From Pyrinomonadaceae bacterium (GTDB lineage: Bacteria; Acidobacteriota; Blastocatellia; Pyrinomonadales; Pyrinomonadaceae), in the NCBI GenBank assembly GCA_963748605.1, contig CAVVJS010000011.1, positions 17,963-81,962 of the forward strand: DNA of 64,000 nucleotides. Reading direction: 5' to 3'. Positions 1 to 9,627 of the stretch are shown in pieces. Position numbers and translations under genes: made by a program. How positions within the stretch are numbered: position 1 is the first letter of the stretch; each line of letters starts with the position of its first letter. Below the pieces are notes generated by a model that was not told the DNA's origin, ran no database searches, and was given only the letters and a program-made list of their open reading frames with translations.

Positions 1-10
1 CTACAAACCT

Positions 11-1816
11 TCAGCGTGCGACGGCTAGCCGGAATGCGGCCATCTCCTCGCTGTTGCGAACCAGCAGTACATCGCCGGCCAGCACCGGGTGGTTCCAGGT
101 CTTGCCCTTGATCGCTGGGGAGCGTCCGAGCTCCGTAAATTGATCGGGGACTGCTTTTACCAGCGCCAGCTCACCCTGCTCCGATAGCACCAGCAGCACG
201 TCCTGATTGGGTAAGAGAACGAGTTGGCCGTGGCCGTAGTTGCCGCCCTTCCACTTACGATTGCCATCCTTGAGATCGATGCACGCGATCCCGCTGCCGT
301 CGAAACCAAAGGCATGACCGTTGTGAACTACGAAGTCACTGAAGTAGGGATTAAGACCTTCTGAAGTCCAGCGTTCGGTGACGGACCAACCGCCGGATCC
401 CTGTGCGACTGCGAGGCGTCGCATTCCGTTGCTCTCGCCTTCGTGAACCAGCACGTCGCCGTCCGCGGTCACGGCCGGTTGCACAATGCGGGTGTTAGTC
501 GACAAGGGAAATTGCCAGAGACGCTTACCATCGGCTGGTGAGATGCCGGTCGCGCCAGCGCCGCCTAACATCACAACTTGCTGCATTCCGCCGATCGTCA
601 ATAGCTGTGGCGAGCTGTAGCCGGAACCACCGTCCGTGATAGACCAACGCTGTTCGCCGTTGGCGATGTTGTAGGCGATCAGGTTTCCGGCGGCCGGAAC
701 GATGACGATGTCCTCGATTACTAATGGCGAACCTGAGAAGCCCCAGCCCGGTGTTTTCGTGCCAGTGTCAGAGGCAGCGTTGCGCGACCACACCACGGCA
801 CCAGTCTTTGCGTCGAGCACGTTTACTACGCCGGTCGCACCAAGCGTGTACACGCGACCGTTGCTAAGAGTCGGCGTTCCCCGTGGTCCAGCGCCGGCAT
901 TCGACTCCCAGAACCGGACAGGGTCGCCATGTTTCCATACCAGCTTGCCTGTAGTTAGGTCGTAGCAGGCGACAACCTCCTCGGCGCCGCGCTGTTCTTG
1001 CGTGTAGACCAAATCACCGAGCACTGCGAATGAAGACCAACCCGGGCCAATCGCCCGGCGCCATACTTCGACCGGCGGCGACGCAGCCCAGTCGGTCTTG
1101 ATCGTTGTCGCGCGCACGATGCCGTCGCGCGCCGGTCCGCGAAAGCCGGGCCAATCAGCTTGCGTCGACACCGCCGCTGGAGCCGGGACCGCTGCGGGCT
1201 CGTTAGCGGCCTGGGCCAGAAGTTGTTCCTCGGGAGTCTTCGTCCAGCGCCAATGGAGATCGTTGTCGAAGTTAGCTGTTATCCCACCGGTGCGTAAAAG
1301 CATGAATGCTCCACACACGAGCAGGATTGCAATGACCAGCGACGCGCGCCGAACTCCGTCAGTAAAGCGAAGTCGTTGCGTAACCACCGCCCAGACAACC
1401 AACGTAAGTGCAAACACAGGGATCGACAGGACGTAAAACAAATTCCCCATCGCTCCGTTCAAGATCGAAATGTGGATGAGTCGCGATGTTACGAACAACG
1501 CGAGCACAATGAGGGCGACGGCTCCGAGACGCTCAAACCAGCGCGCGCGACTGAATAACAACCACCAAAGGAGGATGACCAATACGCCCGCGACGCCGCC
1601 CAACATCGCGTAGAGAGCTGCCGCAGGGATAACCATGGGAACGATAAACCAACCCAGGGCCACTAACGCGCCGCCGATTACACCGGGCCAGAGCCGCAAC
1701 GGTTTTCTGGAAGTGGATTTGTCGGATTGTGCGATGGGCGGCGATTCGACGGGCGTCTGTTCGATGGGAGACTGTTCGGTTGTCATAACAAAACTAGTAC
1801 GCTTCCAAGCACTCAT
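11..1816 (-). CDS. Membrane-anchored PQQ-like/BamB-type beta-propeller repeat protein
   Basis: ORF 11..1921. N-terminal hydrophobic helices are followed by repeated propeller blades (DLVYTQEQRGAEEVVACYDLTTGKLVWK; GRVYTLGATGVVNVLDAKTGAVVWS; GDVLLVRNSEEMAAF). The first 35 ORF codons read through a 25-bp inverted repeat (1855-1968), so ATG 1816 (MSAWKR) or 1783 (MTTEQ) is the likelier start. Confidence 0.85.
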   Translation of the reverse strand: MSAWKRTSFVMTTEQSPIEQTPVESPPIAQSDKSTSRKPLRLWPGVIGGALVALGWFIVPMVIPAAALYAMLGGVAGVLVILLWWLLFSRARWFERLGAVALIVLALFVTSRLIHISILNGAMGNLFYVLSIPVFALTLVVWAVVTQRLRFTDGVRRASLVIAILLVCGAFMLLRTGGITANFDNDLHWRWTKTPEEQLLAQAANEPAAVPAPAAVSTQADWPGFRGPARDGIVRATTIKTDWAASPPVEVWRRAIGPGWSSFAVLGDLVYTQEQRGAEEVVACYDLTTGKLVWKHGDPVRFWESNAGAGPRGTPTLSNGRVYTLGATGVVNVLDAKTGAVVWSRNAASDTGTKTPGWGFSGSPLVIEDIVIVPAAGNLIAYNIANGEQRWSITDGGSGYSSPQLLTIGGMQQVVMLGGAGATGISPADGKRLWQFPLSTNTRIVQPAVTADGDVLVHEGESNGMRRLAVAQGSGGWSVTERWTSEGLNPYFSDFVVHNGHAFGFDGSGIACIDLKDGNRKWKGGNYGHGQLVLLPNQDVLLVLSEQGELALVKAVPDQFTELGRSPAIKGKTWNHPVLAGDVLLVRNSEEMAAFRLAVAR

Positions 1817-1854
1817 TTTGTTTCGTAGTTTTCGGGAGGACTTGAATGTGAATT

Positions 1855-1968
1855 CAGAACCGGAGCGGTAGCGACGGGATGCTGGATCGAGTTGATCGAA
1901 AACTCCACAGAACCCGAGCAATGTCGGAATGGTTGACTCATGATCCCGTCGCTACCGCTCCGGGTTCT
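1855..1968. repeat. REPIN-like element: perfect 25-bp inverted repeat, a variant of the GGAGCGGTAGCGAC REP family
   Basis: agaacccggagcggtagcgacggga at 1855-1879 is the exact reverse complement of 1944-1968. The spacer is 64 bp. Confidence 0.85.
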
Positions 1969-2380
1969 GTAAAGTCATCGCATCGTCGCGAGTTTTTGTG
2001 CAAGCCATGAGGAATGATGTATGAAGACCACTAAGCAGCGTTGTTATGGTGAGTTGTTAGGCGCCGCGTCGCTTGCAGGTGATTCTTTATTTTGAGGCTC
2101 GCTCATCGTTCATCGGGGCAAACGCTCGAGTCGTGTGCTCGGTCACGCTTGGCATGCCTTCTGACAGCTCTCGCGCAACGGGCCGCGTCAAGTTCATCCT
2201 AATCTGTTGCTTTGCTAGCTTCAGTACCTCGCGGCATCTTCTCTTTGTTTGGAACGTCGACGCAGTTCGGAACAACAGCCGGACAAAAACGCCTTCGATT
2301 AGCAACAGCAGAGAAACTCAGGAAAGTGAAACCCAGGATCGTCCACGTCATTAAACCTAGCACGGTTTTCATCATCTCCA

Positions 2381-2563
2381 TCAGAATGATGATTGCAACA
2401 AGGCCAAGAATGAAGACTGCCATGCATCGTAAAACGAGGGTTGCCGGTCGTAAATCGGTGGATTAAAATCGCTCTCCTCATTATCCCGATTCAACTTCGC
2501 GCCACAAAAATTACAGTAGCTTAAGCCCTGTGCGACAGCGACACCGCAGGATGAACAATACAT
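2381..2563 (-). CDS. Zinc-ribbon protein, possibly the N-terminal fragment of a frameshifted Zn-ribbon membrane protein
   Basis: The ORF starts MYCSSCGVAVAQGLSYCNFCGAKL (CxxC-x10-CxxC). Overlapping ORF 2199..2423 in the next frame encodes two hydrophobic helices (VFILGLVAIIILMEMM; LGLMTWTILGFTFLSFSAV). This suggests one gene broken near 2425. Confidence 0.45.
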   Translation of the reverse strand: MYCSSCGVAVAQGLSYCNFCGAKLNRDNEESDFNPPIYDRQPSFYDAWQSSFLALLQSSF

Positions 2564-2637
2564 TCGCCTTCACCTCTTTAAGACTACTACGCTATCGTTG
2601 CTGCGAAGTTCAACGTTGATTGTTCCTCCGCCCTAGT

Positions 2638-3081
2638 TCATGTCTGGGATGCTGCCTGTGATTCCCTGCGACTTTTCACGTAACGCCGCATTACCGCCAT
2701 TCGCTGCTCCGCATCTGGCAGGCGCTGCACCACCGGCTCAAGATGTTTAAGGTGCATGTATGGAGGAATACCAGGTATTGCGCGAATCTCTGCAAGGAAT
2801 GGCTGAAGCTTGGCGTACACCAGGACGTGCTCAGTATTAATGGCATTGAACATGTCATCGTTAATAGCTCCGAAGACGACGAACGCCGCAGCCATGTCCC
2901 AATAGGAAGCAACCATTCGAAAATCGGCACTATGGTCGCCAGTCAGGACATTGAGAATGTCTTGGGTACTTTCGGGGTGGAAACCTGTAGCAAACCAATC
3001 ACGCGCCTTCCGCATGGTCCCCTCAGACCTCAACTCATACAATTTGAGAATGCCCATCATGCTCTCGTGTTCGTTACTCAT
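2638..3081 (-). CDS. Hypothetical protein (147 aa), family not recognised
   Basis: Clean 147-aa ORF with non-repetitive composition, co-directional with its neighbours. No motif I can name. Confidence 0.6.
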   Translation of the reverse strand: MSNEHESMMGILKLYELRSEGTMRKARDWFATGFHPESTQDILNVLTGDHSADFRMVASYWDMAAAFVVFGAINDDMFNAINTEHVLVYAKLQPFLAEIRAIPGIPPYMHLKHLEPVVQRLPDAEQRMAVMRRYVKSRRESQAASQT

Positions 3082-3144
3082 AACAGCTGCAACCTCCTAC
3101 GCGTTCCTTTGGGGAAAAGCTGGTCCCGATCCAACTGCAGGGTT

Positions 3145-3627
3145 TTAGTGTTCTTCGATTCCCTTGGGAAAACGATCGGCCACCAGATTCAGTTTGACGT
3201 TATGTTCAAGGAGCGCTTTCAGCCCTGCCAGCACCAAAGAAAATCCCTGCGTCGAGTCGGTTACCTGTTTCACTAGTTCATCACCGTCGCCGCTGAAACC
3301 AGTCTCCGAGATTCTGACGAAGGTTGTGCCATCTTCCTGAGACTCGAATATCCATTCCACAGTGGTGAGACCACTGTATCCGGGCCACTCGATCACAATT
3401 CGCTTGTTAGGTTCAATCACTTTCGCAGTCACCGGAATCGAAATACCGTACATTTCCCAGTCCCATTGAACCTGCTTGCCAGTCTCAAGCCTGCCGCTAC
3501 TCCTGGTGAACCAGAATTTGGTGGTGATTTCAGGGTTGATAAAGGCCTCGAATACCTCGGCGACAGGCCTGCGAATGAGCATTCCGGTCTTCGTCGCCGG
3601 TACCTGTTTGAGTTGCAGACTATTCAT
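3145..3627 (-). CDS. SRPBCC superfamily protein (AHSA1 / activator of Hsp90 ATPase homolog-like domain)
   Basis: 160 aa. Typical AHSA1-type layout (IRRPVAEVFEAFINPEITTKFWF ... VEWIFESQEDGTTFVRISETGF). Confidence 0.85.
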   Translation of the reverse strand: MNSLQLKQVPATKTGMLIRRPVAEVFEAFINPEITTKFWFTRSSGRLETGKQVQWDWEMYGISIPVTAKVIEPNKRIVIEWPGYSGLTTVEWIFESQEDGTTFVRISETGFSGDGDELVKQVTDSTQGFSLVLAGLKALLEHNVKLNLVADRFPKGIEEH

Positions 3628-3689
3628 ACGGACTCTCTGTTAGCAGCTATTCGCATTTTGAATAGCGTAGATGTACAAGCACTGTTCTA

Positions 3690-3731
3690 ATTTGAAAACA
3701 AATGTAGGGGCGTCCCTCCGTGGGCGCCCCT
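3690..3731 (-). terminator. Putative rho-independent terminator downstream of 3838..4470
   Basis: Hairpin AGGGGCG-N12-CGCCCCT (3706-3731), followed on the minus strand by acatttgttttcaaatt. A second hairpin GGGCGGC-N8-GCCGCCC lies at 3743-3764. Confidence 0.5.
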
Positions 3732-3837
3732 GAATCTAACCTGGGCGGCCACGGAGAGCCGCCCTACTGAAGTGTCAGATTCGATTGTTGTCCGCGGACT
3801 CGGAACTCAAAACTCGGAACGCGAAACCGCGAAGCCC

Positions 3838-4470
3838 CTACGGTTTACTCTTATCCTGCGGAAAATAAAACTTCTTCAGCATCTCCCGGTATTCGGAAAG
3901 GGGGAACAGACCAACTTCCGCCCGCCGTTTATCGACGTTCGCCTCGTCCTCGATTGGTTCCAGCACAGGCTCTTGTCCCTTCCACTCCTCGAAGCGCTTC
4001 GCCTGCGTCCCGTAGATCTGCGGCTTACCCTCACCGACCAGCACTCGATCCAGCAATAACGCATAACTCTGTCCCATTAGCCCGCCACTTCTGTAGGCCT
4101 TCTCCACGAGTGGCAACATCTCCTTCTGCAATACGAGATCAGCGTGCTGCACAATTAGAAACGCGGCCTCCGCACCATCCCGCCCGACGAGTTCCGGACT
4201 GGGCCATCCGTATCGGCGCACAATAGCCCTCACGCGTTTTGAATTATCAAGATCAATTGCCTGCATTCGCTCGAGTACCGCTTTATCCGGGTTTGCTGAG
4301 CCTTTGCTAATAAGCTCCTTTCTAATCGCCTGGTCTTGCTCGACCCGTTTGAGTAGCTCCTGGCGCAGAGCGGGCTTCCTAACAGGCGGATTGACGGCTT
4401 CTTGTGCTTGAGTGTTGCCGAGAAGTAGCAGTACGAAGCAAAGATTTGTGATGTGGATAAGCTTTCTCAT
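3838..4470 (-). CDS. Secreted hypothetical protein (resembles DUF6624-type proteins)
   Basis: 210 aa. Signal peptide MRKLIHITNLCFVLLLLGNTQAQE. Central RYGWPSPELVGRDGAEAAFLIVQHAD and PQIYGTQ segments. The family assignment is from memory only. Confidence 0.7.
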   Translation of the reverse strand: MRKLIHITNLCFVLLLLGNTQAQEAVNPPVRKPALRQELLKRVEQDQAIRKELISKGSANPDKAVLERMQAIDLDNSKRVRAIVRRYGWPSPELVGRDGAEAAFLIVQHADLVLQKEMLPLVEKAYRSGGLMGQSYALLLDRVLVGEGKPQIYGTQAKRFEEWKGQEPVLEPIEDEANVDKRRAEVGLFPLSEYREMLKKFYFPQDKSKP

Positions 4471-4526
4471 GGTTGTGAAGCGAGCGAACCTAAAAGTCTT
4501 TATCGCGTGTGTGGCAAACGTTGAAG

Positions 4527-4935
4527 TCGGTCGCTACCGCTCCCGTACTGTACCGATCGACTGAACACGTTGAAGAAGTAAAAGCGCCGTACCGTACTGT
4601 GTGACATTTCTTATCCGTGTTATCCGCGAAAATCTGTGGCTAAAATTTTTTCTGCGTGAAAGCGATCGCTACCGCTTCGTACTGTGACATTTCTTATCCG
4701 TGTCATCCGCGAAAATCTGTGGCTAAAATTTTTACAGCAAGTGAAGGCGTTCGCTAACGCTCCCGTACTGCCCGATCGACTGAACACGTTGAAGAAGTAA
4801 AAGCGCCGTACCGTACTGTGTTATCTCTTATCCGTATCATCCGCGAAAATCTGTGGCTAAATTCTTAAAGTTCTTATCCGTGTCATCCGCGAAAATCTGT
4901 GGCTAAAGGTTTTACTGCGTGAAAGCGGTCGGCTC
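4527..4935. repeat. Composite repeat array (REP-A copies plus TTAGCCACAGATTTTCGCGGATGACACGGATAAGAA 'B' repeats), minus orientation
   Basis: REP-A complements (gtcgctaccgctcccgtactgtacc at 4529-4556; variants near 4665 and 4748). Five B copies (ttcttatccgtgtcatccgcgaaaatctgtggctaa). An internal ~221-bp direct repeat (4527.. versus 4748..). Confidence 0.9.
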
Positions 4936-4948
4936 CCTTAAGGCACCC

Positions 4949-5365
4949 TCAACCAATTCCCTTTATCCCCCACGCGATTACCAAAAGAATTCCAGCCACC
5001 AGAAACATTCCCACCATTAATATCCGATTCGGTTTCCCGGTAACAATCTGCCAGACGCCGCCGGCCATGCTCGCAATCCCAAAAGAGATTACCAAACTGA
5101 AAATGGCCACGATCAGCAATACATCGTTCGGATCGCCTCTGAATCTCGTAGTCGATGTCGAGTCTCCGGTTTGTGTGATGATCTGTCCCAAATAGAGTCC
5201 CAGGATTGCCATGAAAAGGACCAGGCCTGTGCCTATCAGCAGCAACAGCCACCCGAGGATGCGAACCTTTTTGGCGGATTGGAGACGACCTCCGCAATTA
5301 GGACATCTGTTGAGGGATTCACTTGTCTCGAAACTACACTTAGCACAACTAAGGATCTTGGCCAT
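4949..5365 (-). CDS. Zinc-ribbon membrane protein (N-terminal CxxC-x10-CxxC, 3-4 TM helices)
   Basis: MAKILSCAKCSFETSESLNRCPNCGG followed by the helices ILGWLLLLIGTGLVLFMAILGLYL, VLLIVAIFSLVISFGIASMAGG and MVGMFLVAGILLVIAWGI. Confidence 0.75.
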   Translation of the reverse strand: MAKILSCAKCSFETSESLNRCPNCGGRLQSAKKVRILGWLLLLIGTGLVLFMAILGLYLGQIITQTGDSTSTTRFRGDPNDVLLIVAIFSLVISFGIASMAGGVWQIVTGKPNRILMVGMFLVAGILLVIAWGIKGIG

Positions 5366-5430
5366 CGTTAGCCTCCAAGATTCAGATTATTAGAACTTGG
5401 CATTCTCTTAATTTGCGGATGGGACAGATA

Positions 5431-6147
5431 CAGAACCCGACCGCTTTGAAGTGCAATAAAAAATTAGCCACGGATTTTCGCGGATGACGCGGATAAGAAA
5501 TGTCACAGTACGAAGCGGTAGCGACCGCGCTCAACTGGCGCCAACACCCGGTACAGTACGGGAGCGGTAGCGACCGCTTTGAAGTGCAATAAAAAATTAG
5601 CCACGGATTTTCGCGGATGACGCGGATAAGAAATGTCACAGTACGAAGCGGTAGCGACCGCGCTCAACTGGCGCCAACTCCCGGTACAGTACGGGAGCGG
5701 TAGCGACCGCTTTCATGTGCAATAAAAAAATTAGCCACAGATTTTCGCGGATGACGCGGATAAGAAATATCACAGTACGGAGCAGTCGCGACCGCGACAA
5801 TTGGCGCTACTCGGTACAGTACGGGAGCGGTAGCGACCGCTTTCATGTGCAAAAAAAATTAGCCACAGATTTTCGCGGATGACGCGGATAAGAAATATCA
5901 CAGTACGGAGCAGTAGCGACCGCGACAATTGGCGCTGCTCGGTACAGTACGGGAGCGGTAGCGACCGCTTTCAATGTGCAATAAAAAATTAGCCACGGAT
6001 TTTCGCGGATGACGCGGATAAGAAATGTCACAGTACGAAGCGGTAGCGACCGCGCTCAACTGGCGCCAACACCCGGTACAGTACGGGAGCGGTAGCGACC
6101 GCTTTCACATCCAGAAAAAATTTAGCTACAGATTTCGCGGATGTAGC
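5431..6147. repeat. Tandem array of about 5 composite units (period 128-134 bp), plus orientation
   Basis: Unit = GGTACAGTACGGGAGCGGTAGCGACCGC + tttgaagtgcaataaaaa + B repeat + CACAGTACGAAGCGGTAGCGACCGC + gctcaactggcgcc. The full REP-A copy starts at 5550, 5683, 5813, 5941 and 6075. Confidence 0.92.
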
Positions 6148-6219
6148 CCTTGTGACTTAGTGGATCCTGAAACTCAAAACCTGAATCCTGAAACCCGAAA
6201 CCCGAAACTCGAAACTGGT

Positions 6220-7512
6220 TTACCTTGCCATCAGAGCTTCGATCTCTTCAGCTTGTTTAGGAACCTTGCTCGTCAACACACGCGGACCATTCGCGGTACA
6301 CAACACATCATCCTCAATACGCACGCCGATTCCCAGATACTCCGCGGGAACGTCTTTCGTGTCCGGCGCGATGTAAAGACCCGGCTCGACCGTCATTACA
6401 ACGCCCGGCTCGAGCGCGCGTGACTCTTTGTCGAAGTAATAACGGCCGACGTCATGTACATCGATTCCTAACATATGACCGAGGCCGTGCATATAAAACT
6501 TCTCGTACTTCTTTTCCTTGATTAGCTCCGCAGGTTTTCCCTTTAACAAGCCCAGCTCGACAAGACCTTCGGTCAGCACTTCGATTGAATGTGCTTTCAA
6601 TTGATCATGTGTCGTGCCGGGACGCACCTTATCAACACAAGACATCTGGGCTTTCAGGACGAGGTCATAAATATCGCGTTGAGGTTTTGAGTAACGGCCA
6701 TTGATCGGGAAGGTGCGAGTTATATCGGAAGCGTAGCCTTTGTATTCGGCGCCGGCATCTATCAGCAACAGATCGCCATCGCGCAACTCGCCGTCGTTAT
6801 TGATGTAGTGAAGCACCGTCGCATTCGCGCCTGCGCCGATAATGGAAGTGTAAGCGGGCGCGGCGGCGCCACGTCGTTTGAAGATCAGTTCGATCAGCGC
6901 TTCGACTTCATACTCTTTCATTCCCGCGCGCGCGGCCCTCATCGCTTCGCAATGAGCTTCGGCAGCGATGTCGGCGGCGCGTTGCATCAACTCGATCTCT
7001 TCGTCGGATTTGAGCACGCGCATCTCATGCAGGATCGTGGCAGGATCGATAATTGTCTGGGGCGGATGAACTGGCTTGCGATTAAGCGCACGCATCCGAG
7101 CGATTTGGCGGATGATGGTGTCGTCCAGATCCGGATGCACCCCGAGGCGGTAATAGAGTTTGTCCGCCCCATCGAGAATGTCGTGCAACTTCTCATCGAA
7201 CTCAACTATGGGGAAAGATTCGTCGGCGCCGAATTCACTCTTCGCGCCTTCAAGGCCGGCGCGCCGTCCGTCCCAAATCTCTCGCTCGGGATCACGCGGG
7301 CGGAGGAACATCGTGAACTTGTGTTCGCGCGCCGGAGCAACAACGGCGATCGCTTCTGGTTCCTCGAAGCCAGTGAGGTAGAGAAAGTCGGAATCCTGTC
7401 GAAAGCGATAGGCCGTGTCGTTGGAGCGCGTCGCTTCACGCGCGCTGGGAATGATGGCAACCGACTTTTGGTCCATTCGACGCATGAATTCGGTTAGCTG
7501 CGGACGGATCAT
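6220..7512 (-). CDS. pepP: Xaa-Pro aminopeptidase (M24B, aminopeptidase P)
   Basis: 430 aa. AMP_N-type N-terminus (FRQDSDFLYLTGF) and an M24 pita-bread domain with metal-ligand context (LIDAGAEYKGYASDITRTFP; HGLGHMLGIDVHD; MTVEPGLY; GVRIEDD). Confidence 0.95.
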   Translation of the reverse strand: MIRPQLTEFMRRMDQKSVAIIPSAREATRSNDTAYRFRQDSDFLYLTGFEEPEAIAVVAPAREHKFTMFLRPRDPEREIWDGRRAGLEGAKSEFGADESFPIVEFDEKLHDILDGADKLYYRLGVHPDLDDTIIRQIARMRALNRKPVHPPQTIIDPATILHEMRVLKSDEEIELMQRAADIAAEAHCEAMRAARAGMKEYEVEALIELIFKRRGAAAPAYTSIIGAGANATVLHYINNDGELRDGDLLLIDAGAEYKGYASDITRTFPINGRYSKPQRDIYDLVLKAQMSCVDKVRPGTTHDQLKAHSIEVLTEGLVELGLLKGKPAELIKEKKYEKFYMHGLGHMLGIDVHDVGRYYFDKESRALEPGVVMTVEPGLYIAPDTKDVPAEYLGIGVRIEDDVLCTANGPRVLTSKVPKQAEEIEALMAR

Positions 7513-7598
7513 AAGAAATCTCTCCTCGAACTATGAATGGGTTTGGGAAGGAAGCCATTGTAAACGATGGAGTGACGAACGAGCTACCGAAGGAACCG

Positions 7599-7700
7599 GC
7601 CACAGATGAGCACGGATTTTCACAGATTAGAAAATGTAGTCGCACAATAATGGTTGAAATATTTGTTTGAATCCGTGTCTATCCGTGTCCATCTGTGGCT
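7599..7700. repeat. Inverted pair of a B-repeat variant
   Basis: ggccacagatgagcacggattttcacagatt (7599-) faces aatccgtgtctatccgtgtccatctgtggc (-7700). The spacer is about 38 bp. Confidence 0.8.
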
Positions 7701-7739
7701 TACTTTTCGTTTGGATTGGTGGATAATCTTGCAGGACCG

Positions 7740-9320
7740 ATGAGCACACAGACAATTTCCACCCAGACTGAACCAAAGGAAATCATTTCCCGTGATCCCG
7801 CAACGGGCGCGGAGCTGGGGCGTATTCCTATCTCTTCACCGGAAGAAGTCCAGAGCGCCGTCTACCGCGCGCGAGCTGCGCAGCCTGCCTGGGCCAAACG
7901 CTCGTTCCAGGAGCGAGGGCAAATAATTCTTAAAGCCCGGGAGCGACTGTTGGCGCAAGTCGAGGAACTCGGTCTGCTTATCTCGCGCGAAACCGGCAAG
8001 CCGGTTGCTGAAGCCATCTCAATGGAGATCGTGCCGACGCTCGATGCCATGCACCACCTTGCGCATAACGCTGAAAAGTTACTGCGTCCGCAGAAACTGG
8101 ACATCGGGCAGTACGGTTTGATGGGGCGCTCATCGCGAATTGTTTACAAGCCAGTCGGCGTCGTCGGCATCATCTCGCCCTGGAACTTTCCTCTTGCCAC
8201 GCCTGCGCAGGAAATCGTGATGGCGCTGGTGGCCGGCAATTCCGTCGTGCTCAAGCCGAGCGAACTAACCACGCTCACGGCGTTAAAGCTTGGTGAAATC
8301 TTTCGCGACTCAGGTTTGCCAACAGGTCTGCTCGAAATAGTTACCGGCTATGGCGCCACGGGCGTGTACTTAATAGATGCGCGTGTCGACAAGATCATGT
8401 TCACCGGAAGCGTGGCCACAGGGAAACGTGTCGCTGCCGCCGCCGCGAATCATTTGACTCCGGTGGTGCTGGAACTGGGCGGCAAAGATCCGATGATCGT
8501 TCTGGAAGATGCCGATGTTGCAAATGCGGCGCGCGCGGCTGTTTGGGGCGCTTTTGCAAATTCCGGTCAGGCGTGCGCGTCCGTGGAACGTTGCTATGTG
8601 CATGAGTCGGTGGCGCCGCAGTTTCTGGCGCGTGTGCTTAGTGAAACGGCGGCCTTGAAGCAGGACGTGGGCACCAAGTCTGATACTGATGTCGGCGCGA
8701 TGACTAACGAACGCCAGCTTCAGATCGTCGAGGAGCATGTTGCCGATGCTCTTGTGCATGGAGCGAAAGTCGTAAGCGGCGGCAAACGCGTCGCTAACTC
8801 GGCCGGCTTCTTCTATCCGCCCACAGTTCTGACCAATGTGGATCACGGCATGAAGATCATGCGTGACGAAACCTTCGGTCCGGTGTTGCCGGTGATGACT
8901 TTCAAAACGGAAGACGAGGCGGTCGAGTTAGCGAACGATAGTGTCTTTGGATTGACAGCAAGTGTTTGGACTAGAGACATCTCACGCGGGCGCCAGATCG
9001 CGGAGAAGATCGCGGCAGGCACAGTGATGGTAAATGAAGTGCTCTACACGCATGGGATCGCGCAAACACCCTGGGGTGGAGTGAAGGAAAGTGGTTACGG
9101 CAGAACTCACGGCCGCGCCGGTTTGCTTGAGCTGGTAAATCCTCACCATATCCATGTCAATCGCTTTGGCGGGCAACCCGACCTTTGGTGGTTCCGTTAC
9201 AACCCGAGTGCGGGCAGCCTTTTTCGTAATCTCGCCAACTACTTTACCAGCGGTTCAATTCTCAAAAGTGCCCGCATGTTTCCCGCAATCGTGCGACGAT
9301 TACTGGACCAGCGCAAATAG
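7740..9320 (+). CDS. NAD(P)-dependent aldehyde dehydrogenase family protein
   Basis: ORF 7695..9320, but its GTG start lies inside the repeat, so ATG 7740 (MSTQTIS) is preferred. ALDH motifs are present: ISPWNFP, VLELGGKDP, NSGQACASVERCYV, EETFGPV. Confidence 0.93.
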   Translation: MSTQTISTQTEPKEIISRDPATGAELGRIPISSPEEVQSAVYRARAAQPAWAKRSFQERGQIILKARERLLAQVEELGLLISRETGKPVAEAISMEIVPTLDAMHHLAHNAEKLLRPQKLDIGQYGLMGRSSRIVYKPVGVVGIISPWNFPLATPAQEIVMALVAGNSVVLKPSELTTLTALKLGEIFRDSGLPTGLLEIVTGYGATGVYLIDARVDKIMFTGSVATGKRVAAAAANHLTPVVLELGGKDPMIVLEDADVANAARAAVWGAFANSGQACASVERCYVHESVAPQFLARVLSETAALKQDVGTKSDTDVGAMTNERQLQIVEEHVADALVHGAKVVSGGKRVANSAGFFYPPTVLTNVDHGMKIMRDETFGPVLPVMTFKTEDEAVELANDSVFGLTASVWTRDISRGRQIAEKIAAGTVMVNEVLYTHGIAQTPWGGVKESGYGRTHGRAGLLELVNPHHIHVNRFGGQPDLWWFRYNPSAGSLFRNLANYFTSGSILKSARMFPAIVRRLLDQRK

Positions 9321-9366
9321 CCGCGACGCGGAGATGGAGAGACGCGGAGACGCATAGCGAAAGAGG

Positions 9367-9490
9367 AAAAATTAGCCGCGGATTTTCGCGGATGACACGA
9401 TAAGAAGCAAAAACGGTCATCCGGCATTAATCACTCTGGCAATCTTTTTCTAGTTCTGATCCGTGTTATCCGCGTAAATCCGCGGCGAAA
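9367..9490. repeat. Inverted pair of B repeats (REPIN-like)
   Basis: aaaattagccgcggattttcgcggatgacacgataagaag faces ttctgatccgtgttatccgcgtaaatccgcggcgaaa. The spacer is about 47 bp. Confidence 0.85.
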
Positions 9491-9627
9491 CTTTTGCTTG
9501 ATAGGCCGCGACTTGATCTAACCAGTCCAGCCATTTAGGATTGCGCCTCATCTCAACAATCAGGGAACGACGCGGTTAGCAACAGTATTTCAAAGACGCA
9601 AGTCCAAACGCCTAAGAGCAAAAGAGA

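Noticed and set aside
5431-6147. A regularly spaced direct-repeat array (period about 130 bp) that superficially resembles a CRISPR array.
   Set aside because: The segments between the repeats are themselves conserved from unit to unit, so there are no unique spacers. The unit is about 130 bp and is built from two dispersed repeat families. No cas genes or leader are present. It is a tandem amplification of a composite REP unit.
5382-6423. ORFs 5382..5639, 5664..5852, 5843..6031 and 6025..6423, and similar ORFs at 27847..28286, 31462..31752 and 57711..58172.
   Set aside because: They are translations of the repeat arrays (recurring peptides such as YRSRTVP, GAVATA, IRVIRENPWL). They have no independent coding signal and occur on whichever strand happens to be open.
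6808-7497. Long antisense ORFs inside well-supported genes: 6808..7497, 8370..8846, 13000..13545, 39271..39735, 39997..40677, 40987..41748 and 61153..62133.
   Set aside because: They are mirror ORFs, typical of GC-biased coding regions. Each fully overlaps a gene with strong family motifs on the other strand, and their products are Arg/Ser/Pro-rich with no recognisable domains.
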